This document shows positions 23,861 through 30,368 of a DNA stretch of 30,368 nucleotides, piece after piece. Origin of the DNA: an uncultured Candidatus Saccharibacteria bacterium (GTDB taxonomy: Bacteria > Patescibacteriota > Minisyncoccia > Minisyncoccales > Staskawiczbacteraceae). The stretch's first letter is position 1. The number at the start of each line of letters is the position of its first letter. Position numbers and translations under genes: made by a program. Below the pieces are notes generated by a model. It was not told the DNA's origin. It was given only the letters and a program-made list of their open reading frames with translations, and did not search any database. The DNA lies in the NCBI GenBank assembly GCA_964555955.1, contig CAZKUM010000002.1, positions 1 to 30,368 on the forward strand, read 5' to 3'.

Positions 23861-24325
23861 ATGAATAAGTCATTAGCATTTTTATTAGTAATCGCAGGAG
23901 TAATTATTTTTGTTTTGGGCGGAGGCGCTGGCGTTTTTTATCAAACACAACAGAGCCAATTGGGAATTATAGGTGCTCCGCAAAATAGCGCGGCAGAAAC
24001 TGCGTTAAAATCATTGTCTTCAAAAGTTATTCCCTCAATTGTAGCTTTTGGCGAAGTGTCAAACATATCTGGAAAAAATATTACATTAAAAAATGCTGGG
24101 GAAAGTTTAACAATAAAAATTGATGACAATGCGCAAATTTCTTCTTTTAATGCAGCCCCGGCAAAAGGAACAACTGCTCCTACTCAAGCAAAAGCTGAAT
24201 TTAAAGATATTAAAATTGGCAATACCTTAAGTATAAATTTAAGGCTTTTATCTAGCGGCACTTTAAAGGGCATGTCGGTTGTTATTGTTAATTCTTTGCC
24301 AAACACAAACGTTGGTCCAAAATAA
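23861..24325 (+). CDS. Membrane-anchored protein with a small beta-rich (OB-fold/DUF5666-like) domain
   Basis: N-terminal TM with GGGAG; GEVSNISGKNITL...IKIGNTLSINL. Confidence 0.75.
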   Translation: MNKSLAFLLVIAGVIIFVLGGGAGVFYQTQQSQLGIIGAPQNSAAETALKSLSSKVIPSIVAFGEVSNISGKNITLKNAGESLTIKIDDNAQISSFNAAPAKGTTAPTQAKAEFKDIKIGNTLSINLRLLSSGTLKGMSVVIVNSLPNTNVGPK

Positions 24326-24338
24326 TATTATAGAATTT

Positions 24339-26393
24339 ATGGCAAAAATAAATTCGTTTTACTTGTTTTCTTTTGGATTAATTGCCTTATTAGCTGGTTT
24401 TGTATTATATTCGTCTATAGATCCGGCTGTGATTATAACTTCTGCGCAATCTTCAAGCTCTGGTTCAAGCTCCAGCTCAAGTTCCAGCTCAGGCTCTAGC
24501 TCAAGTTCAAGTAGTTCCAGTTCAAGTAGCTCTAGTTCAAGTAGCTCTAGTTCAAGCAGTAGTTCAAGTTCAAGTAGCGGAGGATCGTGCGACCCTAGTT
24601 GCCAAGTTGGAACAGTTAGTGATAGTTTTTGTAAAGATATTAATACCGTTGCTAATAGAGATACAATAACAACGTGCGACTTAGGTGTTTGTAATACTAG
24701 CGAATTGGTTCAATGGGCTCCTTGTCCGCCTCCAGAGTTGATAGAAAAATATTGTGGGCCCAATGGAACTATTAAAGAAAAGAAAAGAGTTTATTATTGC
24801 CGGCAAAATGGCAATCAAGCCGCTTGCGTGGCAGGAGTTCAATCTGGCACAACAGGCAACTGTGGCGCATGCGGTCCTACAGGAAACACACGATGCGGAG
24901 GCGGAGCTGGTCAATCGAGTATAATGATAGAAGTAAACTGTCCGTCTTGTCAGGGAGCTGGAATATGTTTTCCTAATCTTAGCTGGAAAAAACTTGCAGA
25001 TTGCCCCATTAAACAAGATATAACATTGCCTCCAATGTGCGTAAATAATGTTTTATGCAGCGTTGTAATAAGCTGGCCTGGCACTTGCACTGAGCTTTTC
25101 CCTGGCAGTACTGCCGCCTGTGATGGCGCAACAGTTGGTGTTGTTTGCACAGACCCTTGCAGCGGTGGCGGCGGAGGCGGTTCTAGTTCAAGTTCAAGCA
25201 GTTCTAGTTCAAGCAGTTCTAGCTCAAGTTCAAGTAGCAGTTCAAGCAGCTCAAGTTCAAGCTCCAGCGGAGGCGGCCCTTGTGTAGATGGCAGTCACTC
25301 TGAGTGCATAGGCAACCAATGCGTTTGTGTTAATGGCACTGGTATAAATCAATGTAATTATCCTGGCTCTTATTGTTCTGGGTCTAGCAGTTCAAGCAGT
25401 TCTAGCTCAAGTTCAAGTAGCTCTAGCTCCAGTAATGGGGGAGGCACTGGCTGTATATTAAATGGCAAAGGAGTGCCTGATGGCACTACTAAATCTTGTT
25501 TCTGTGGCGGCACTACTCCTTGCGTAAATGGCGTATGGGCTCCTTGTTCAGGTTCTCATTCTTCCTGTGATGGCGGCCAATGTAAATGTGTTTCTGGCGC
25601 AGGCGATGACCTTTGCGCAACAGACAGCGCTTGTGTGCCGGCAAACGGCTATCCATACGCAGATCATTTGCAAGCTTTCACTGGTAGTTATTGCACAGGA
25701 ATTCCAGGCGTTGGAACTGCCATATTTAGGTGGAATTATGAACATACTGCAAAAATGGGAGAGGTAAAATTTGAAATTCAGGTAGATGATAATCCTAACT
25801 TTTTATCGCCTGAAGTTGACAGGGTTTATGGCAATCTTAACTATCCGGCAGGGGCTTTAAATGAACAAATGATTTTTGTGCAATTAGATCCTTCGTCTCA
25901 TTATTGCGACACTAATAATTTGTCTAACCAATATCCTAATAACCAATGCGACCATATAAACTTTAACACAGCTTATTATTGGAGGGTAAAAGTGTGGGCA
26001 AAAGATTATACTGCTTCAGAATGGAAGCAGGCTTCACAAACATTTACATACGGATACACTCATCCTTGCCCTAACCCAAACTATAATTTTAATCCAACTA
26101 CTCCGCTTGTAAACAGTTCAACTTCTCTTGTAGACACTTCTGTTTGTTATACCTCCACCGGAACTTATTCTTGCAACACAGGGCCAAATACTTCATACAC
26201 TTGGGATTTTGGCGACGGTTCCGCTAAAAGTTATACTAAAGGAAATGTTTCTCATACATATACTTCAACCTGTTCTCATTACTCAAGCTTGAAAGTTTGC
26301 GACGAAATAGGCTGCGGTTATATTTCTAAAAATGCTTTTATCCTTCCTTGCTCAAGCACCTTGCCTGGCAACAAAGAAGTTCCGCCATTCTAA
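24339..26393 (+). CDS. Large surface protein: N-terminal TM, three poly-Ser tracts, Cys-rich modules, an Fn3/Ig-like region and a C-terminal PKD domain (start probably ATG 24339)
   Basis: Ser tracts at 24450-24578, 25182-25268 and 25383-25433; YYWRVKVW (Fn3-like); YTWDFGDGS...NVSHTY (PKD). Confidence 0.85.
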   Translation: MAKINSFYLFSFGLIALLAGFVLYSSIDPAVIITSAQSSSSGSSSSSSSSSGSSSSSSSSSSSSSSSSSSSSSSSSSSSSGGSCDPSCQVGTVSDSFCKDINTVANRDTITTCDLGVCNTSELVQWAPCPPPELIEKYCGPNGTIKEKKRVYYCRQNGNQAACVAGVQSGTTGNCGACGPTGNTRCGGGAGQSSIMIEVNCPSCQGAGICFPNLSWKKLADCPIKQDITLPPMCVNNVLCSVVISWPGTCTELFPGSTAACDGATVGVVCTDPCSGGGGGGSSSSSSSSSSSSSSSSSSSSSSSSSSSSSGGGPCVDGSHSECIGNQCVCVNGTGINQCNYPGSYCSGSSSSSSSSSSSSSSSSSNGGGTGCILNGKGVPDGTTKSCFCGGTTPCVNGVWAPCSGSHSSCDGGQCKCVSGAGDDLCATDSACVPANGYPYADHLQAFTGSYCTGIPGVGTAIFRWNYEHTAKMGEVKFEIQVDDNPNFLSPEVDRVYGNLNYPAGALNEQMIFVQLDPSSHYCDTNNLSNQYPNNQCDHINFNTAYYWRVKVWAKDYTASEWKQASQTFTYGYTHPCPNPNYNFNPTTPLVNSSTSLVDTSVCYTSTGTYSCNTGPNTSYTWDFGDGSAKSYTKGNVSHTYTSTCSHYSSLKVCDEIGCGYISKNAFILPCSSTLPGNKEVPPF

Positions 26394-26398
26394 ACTAT

Positions 26399-26439
26399 AA
26401 ACTAAAAAGCCTCCCGCTTAGCGGGAGGCTTTTTAGTTT
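26399..26439. terminator. Bidirectional terminator
   Basis: AAACTAAAAAGCCTCCCGC-TTA-GCGGGAGGCTTTTTAGTTT, perfect 19-bp arms. Confidence 0.9.
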
Positions 26440-26454
26440 ATCTAAAATTTTGAA

Positions 26455-27495
26455 TTAATAAATGCCCGGTATAAACATATATTTTGTTTTTTTCATATAT
26501 TCAATATATGCCTCATCTTTCATTAAATGTTTCTCTTCAGTTAAAGCTCTCATAAAATAAATAAAACTCCACACAGCCAAGCTTAAAATAGCCACAAAGC
26601 CATATATTTTTATAAGGGGAATGCCCATAATCCACCAGCTTAAATTTTTTGAAGAATAAGCAGGATGTCTTACATATTTATACGGGCCGCTAGAAACAAT
26701 TCCTCTGTTGGTTAAATTAGAAGCTTTAAAACCCAATGCAATAGATGCCCAGAGATAAATGCTGAATGCTAAAAGCGACAAAAGCCCTGTCATAATATTT
26801 ATATTTATATTTCCAAAATCATTAAAATCCGAAGAATACCAGCCTAAAATTCTTCCGGTTATATCGTTGAATGGCGGATAACACATAAGAGCAACTATCC
26901 AGCCCAAAGCAGTGGGTTCTACCGATTTTACGGTGTTTTTTAAAAAAGAAGATTCAAAAAGATAACCAAATGTGAATATTGCAGTGTCTAAAACTAAAAT
27001 CAAATAAAAAATAAGGTAAAAATAAGAGCCTAAAATGTTTACTTTTGTGAATTCAAACGAATTTTGGTTATGCAAAAATTGAATAAGAGATCTGCTGTTA
27101 TTAATCAAAAAATTTATCATTATAGGGGTAAAAACTATTTTAACAAAATAAAAAAGAATAGACACTTTTTCTTCTTTATGTATTATTAAATCTTTTTTTA
27201 TTTTATCTACAAAAATAAAATAAAATATTTTTTTAAGGCCAGAATATATTAAATAAACCCTTTCTTCTTCAATTGAAATATCCTCTCTTAAAAGCAAATA
27301 AGCGCAATAAAGCAGAAGCAAATCAAAAATAATTCCTATCGGGGAAAATAATATTTTTCCGTTAAAAACAAAATTGATAATAGGGGACTCAAAAGCGCCG
27401 TAGAAACTTTTTGAAAACGGCAAAACAGATAAAATAAAAATAGGCAATCCGTAAACTAATAATGTTAAGGCTATTAGCTTAAATTTTGTTTTCAT
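26455..27495 (-). CDS. Multi-TM protein with a C-terminal ICMT/PEMT-like methyltransferase domain
   Basis: SNLTNRGIVSSGPYKYVRHPAYS and RALTEEKHL; many TM helices. Confidence 0.82.
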   Translation of the reverse strand: MKTKFKLIALTLLVYGLPIFILSVLPFSKSFYGAFESPIINFVFNGKILFSPIGIIFDLLLLYCAYLLLREDISIEEERVYLIYSGLKKIFYFIFVDKIKKDLIIHKEEKVSILFYFVKIVFTPIMINFLINNSRSLIQFLHNQNSFEFTKVNILGSYFYLIFYLILVLDTAIFTFGYLFESSFLKNTVKSVEPTALGWIVALMCYPPFNDITGRILGWYSSDFNDFGNININIMTGLLSLLAFSIYLWASIALGFKASNLTNRGIVSSGPYKYVRHPAYSSKNLSWWIMGIPLIKIYGFVAILSLAVWSFIYFMRALTEEKHLMKDEAYIEYMKKTKYMFIPGIY

Positions 27496-27510
27496 ATTTA
27501 TTTTTTGTTT

Positions 27511-28233
27511 TTAATATTTTATAATTTTATTAAATAACTGCCTTTTATACAAGCCTAGCACTGAAATGGCCATTTCTAAAGAGTCGTTTAATATTTTTAC
27601 TTTTGATCCTGGTATTTCTTGCCACATTACGCCAACCTCTTTTATTTTTAGATTTAAATTTTTAGCCAGCCATAAAATTTCAATATCAAAGGCAAAACGG
27701 TCTATTTTTTGCATAGTAAAAATTTTTTTGGCGCAATCTTTTTTAAAAAGTTTGGCTCCGCAGGAAGCGTCTTTTATTTTTGGCAGCAGAGGCCAACAGA
27801 AAAGATGAAAACAAATGCCCACTATGCGGCGCATAAAAGATATTTTTGCTTTTGCCCCTTTTGCTGTTCTTGAACCAATTACCACGTCTACATTTTTTAT
27901 TTGTAAAAGAAGTTTATTAATTTCAGCCGGTTCTACCGCGCCGTCAGCGTCATATATATAAATCAGGCTGCCTTGAGCCTCTTTTGCGCCGGTTTTCACC
28001 GCATATCCTTTTCCGCGGTTAGGGTTTATTTTTATTATTTTTATAGGCAATTGTTTTTTAAAAAAATCAGCAATTTTTACAGTTTTATCTTTTGAGCCGT
28101 CATCAACTATTATTATTTCAACAATCTTATGCTCGTGTTCGCCATTTTTTAAAAATTTTTGCCAGGCGTGAAGAGTTTTTGCAAGCCTTTTTTCTTCATT
28201 ATATGCTGGTATTATAACTGAAATAGTTTCCAT
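27511..28233 (-). CDS. GT2 glycosyltransferase (polyprenol-phosphate sugar synthase, Dol-P-Glc/Man synthase-like)
   Basis: SVIIPAYNEEKRL, IVDDGSKD, NRGKGYAVKTG, DADG, VIGSR and FAFDIEIL. Confidence 0.9.
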   Translation of the reverse strand: METISVIIPAYNEEKRLAKTLHAWQKFLKNGEHEHKIVEIIIVDDGSKDKTVKIADFFKKQLPIKIIKINPNRGKGYAVKTGAKEAQGSLIYIYDADGAVEPAEINKLLLQIKNVDVVIGSRTAKGAKAKISFMRRIVGICFHLFCWPLLPKIKDASCGAKLFKKDCAKKIFTMQKIDRFAFDIEILWLAKNLNLKIKEVGVMWQEIPGSKVKILNDSLEMAISVLGLYKRQLFNKIIKY

Positions 28234-29477
28234 ATTTTTTTAATTAAAGCGTTGGCAATTGGAATAGATAAAATTATTAATAATGGAGCGTAGGGCATAA
28301 GATAGCGTTCTTCGCCGATATTTTGCAAATAAACAGTCAGCGGAATAGATAAAACAATTAAGGCCATAAGATAAAAATATTTTTTTTCATTAATTTTAAA
28401 CCAATTATAAAAAAGGCCTGTAATTGTTATTATTCCGCTAACAAACAATAATCCGGTTAAAATTTTAAATATTAAACGGAAAACTTCCCATCCTGCCACG
28501 TTTCCAATAGTTGGAAAAAGATGGCTGTGGAACAATTTTATTACAGAAGAAAAGTTTTCAACTAATATTTGCGGGTGATTTTTTATGCAGTTTAATCCCA
28601 TTTGGTAATAATATTTTTGGTTTTCAAAGGGGACTGCGGTAAAAATTCTGCGATTTTCAGGGTAATCAATATTGGCTGGAGGCCCAAAGCCAAAAGAATA
28701 GCCTTTGTTTGAAAATTGAAGAGATTTAGCATCGCACCATAACATTGCAAAACCAACTCCGCTATTAGAAGAAATAGATTTTTCAGCTCCGTTTGTGTAA
28801 TAAGAATTAAAAAGCGTCATAGAGGCAACTATTGCTATTACTGTTAAAGAAAAAGTTAGCAATAAACGCCAGTTAACTTTATAGTATATTCCCCAAAGCA
28901 AGAAAAATGGCAAAACTAACGCAAAAATAGGACGAGTTAAAAAAGCCAGCCCAAAAAATAATCCTATCCATAGCCCAGTTGAGGCATTTTCAGGTTTTAT
29001 TATTAAAAAATATAATCCCAAAAAAAGTAATGGAAAAAATAAATTCTCGCTCATTACCAAATAATTCATAAATATCAAAGGGTACCAAAAAATTAACATC
29101 CCTAAAACTATCAAGCCAATTTTTTTAGAGAAGAGCTTTTTTGTAATCTGGTAAACGCACCAAAAACCAATCATTGCCAGTAATGCCGAAATTATGACAT
29201 AAATTTCAATGCGTTGGTTTTCTAGTCCAAGCCATATTAAAGGCCTGTAAATTAAACTTAACCAAATATGATAAAACGGAGGCCAATAGGTTGAAAACAT
29301 TACAAACTGGCCCTTTGCCATTTGCAAAGCCCGCAGGTCATAGGCTCCTGGATCAGACCAAAGATAAAGTTTTGGAGTAGTAAAAAGGAAAATATAAAAG
29401 AGGCGGATTAAAAATCCAAAAGCCAACAAGGCATAGCACCATACATCTTGTTTTAAAAAAGAAAAGATGTTTTTCAT
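28212..29477 (-). CDS. GT-C fold glycosyltransferase (ArnT/PMT-like; start probably ATG 29477)
   Basis: SDPGAYD, WPPFYHIWLS, MSENLF, FLTRP and ERYLMP; multiple TM helices. The longer ORF-track start overlaps rpmF on the other strand. Confidence 0.85.
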   Translation of the reverse strand: MKNIFSFLKQDVWCYALLAFGFLIRLFYIFLFTTPKLYLWSDPGAYDLRALQMAKGQFVMFSTYWPPFYHIWLSLIYRPLIWLGLENQRIEIYVIISALLAMIGFWCVYQITKKLFSKKIGLIVLGMLIFWYPLIFMNYLVMSENLFFPLLFLGLYFLIIKPENASTGLWIGLFFGLAFLTRPIFALVLPFFLLWGIYYKVNWRLLLTFSLTVIAIVASMTLFNSYYTNGAEKSISSNSGVGFAMLWCDAKSLQFSNKGYSFGFGPPANIDYPENRRIFTAVPFENQKYYYQMGLNCIKNHPQILVENFSSVIKLFHSHLFPTIGNVAGWEVFRLIFKILTGLLFVSGIITITGLFYNWFKINEKKYFYLMALIVLSIPLTVYLQNIGEERYLMPYAPLLIILSIPIANALIKKIWKLFQL

Positions 29478-29580
29478 TTTTTTATTATACATTTTATGTG
29501 GTCTATTGCAAAATAACAAATTATCTGTTATATTAGAAAATACTTTAGTATTAAAATTAGAAATTAAAAATTTCGTTGAT

Positions 29581-29859
29581 ATGGCAGTTCCAAGACATAG
29601 GCATACAAAAGGCAAAAGAAATAAAGTAAGGATGCACTTATTTATAAAGCCGGCTGTTTTGACTATTTGTAAAAAATGCAAAAAATCGGTTAGGCCGCAT
29701 ACAATTTGCAAAAATTGCGGTTTTTATAATGGAAAAAAAATCATTGACGTTTTGAAAAAACTTACAAGAAAAGACAAAAAGGCAAAAGAAAAAGAGATAA
29801 AAGAGGCCGAAAAAGGAACAAAAAATCCGGCAACAATGGAAGAACTTTCAAAAAGATAA
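29581..29859 (+). CDS. rpmF: 50S ribosomal protein L32, zinc-binding form, with a C-terminal extension
   Basis: MAVPRHRHTKGKRNKVR, CKKC...PHTICKNCGFYNG; ATG at 29581. Confidence 0.95.
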   Translation: MAVPRHRHTKGKRNKVRMHLFIKPAVLTICKKCKKSVRPHTICKNCGFYNGKKIIDVLKKLTRKDKKAKEKEIKEAEKGTKNPATMEELSKR

Positions 29860-29868
29860 TTTAAAATT

Positions 29869-30294
29869 ATGGCATCAAGACATTTATCAAGGTCAATTGC
29901 AATGCAGAGTTTGTATGAATGGGATTTTTACGGCAGAAAAGAAAATTTTTTAAAAGCAATAGTTGATAGAAATTTAGAAGATTTTGGCCCCGGATTAGAA
30001 GATAAAAAATTTGTTTTTGAATTAATTGCAGGAGTTGAAAAGCATTTAAAAGAAATTGATAAAATAATTGAAAAAGCGGCTCCTGAGTGGCCAATTCCCC
30101 AAATACCAATTGTTGACAGGAATGTTTTAAGAATCGGTCTTTTTGAGCTTTTATATTCAAACAAAGAAGAGGTTCCTCCAAAGGTTGCCATAAACGAAGC
30201 AATTGAGTTGGCCAAAACTTTTTCAGGGCCTATTTCAGGAAAATTTATAAACGGAGTTTTAGGAACAGTTTACAAGCAAATAGAACAAAAATAA
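29869..30294 (+). CDS. nusB: Transcription antitermination factor NusB
   Basis: [41 protein letters not shown] and KFINGVLG. Confidence 0.97.
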   Translation: MASRHLSRSIAMQSLYEWDFYGRKENFLKAIVDRNLEDFGPGLEDKKFVFELIAGVEKHLKEIDKIIEKAAPEWPIPQIPIVDRNVLRIGLFELLYSNKEEVPPKVAINEAIELAKTFSGPISGKFINGVLGTVYKQIEQK

Positions 30295-30368
30295 ATGAAG
30301 GATTTTGAACCATTTGAAAAAAAATTAGGATTAAAATTTAAAAACAAAGACCTTTTAACACAGGCTTT
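30295..30368 (+). CDS. rnc: Ribonuclease III, N-terminal fragment running off the window
   Basis: MKDFEPFEKKLGLKFKNKDLLTQAF matches the RNase III N-terminus, just before the expected HRS motif. Confidence 0.8.
   Translation, partial: MKDFEPFEKKLGLKFKNKDLLTQA

Noticed and set aside
29478-29711. N-terminal 78 aa of the 499-aa GT-C ORF, and the N-terminal 38 aa of the 130-aa rpmF ORF
   Set aside because: These are upstream in-frame extensions that overlap the divergent gene. Family-like sequence begins at ATG 29477 and ATG 29581.
592-30215. Numerous short antisense or shifted-frame ORFs inside core genes (e.g. 11145-11705, 4345-4674, 17638-17982)
   Set aside because: They are shadow ORFs of AT-rich, Lys-rich genes (F/L/S/I-rich translations) with no start signals or motifs.

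Overview
AT-rich bacterial chromosomal segment, genetic code 11. By inference it is Patescibacteria (CPR, Parcubacteria-like), based on SD-less core genes, the rpmF-nusB-rnc order, a DUF5667 protein and a PaaX/Cas2-like orphan. Core content: 5'-truncated gyrB, ybaB, secE-nusG-rplK (no rplA after it), a six-gene thymidylate cluster (dCMP deaminase, Nudix, P-loop kinase, tmk, thyA, DHFR) running into gatB, miaB-miaA, thrS, dnaE, rnhB, rpmF-nusB-rnc, surface-protein genes and a glycosyltransferase/methyltransferase trio. No rRNA, tRNA, CRISPR array or recognisable transposase was seen. The most notable signals are: (1) a solo wHTH + Cas2-fold (PaaX-like) gene bracketed by identical 23-bp palindromic direct repeats; (2) 7-8 short GC-rich palindromic elements inside housekeeping ORFs that keep the reading frame (DHFR, gatB, miaA x3, miaB, dnaE, possibly the deaminase); (3) small self-contained promoter-SD-ORF-terminator cassettes between core genes, including an unannotated 41-aa hydrophobic peptide with a structured 3' UTR; (4) a perfect 38-bp palindrome plus a DnaA box upstream of a poly-Ser, Cys-rich surface protein. 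All product calls come from motif recognition by eye; no searches were run.
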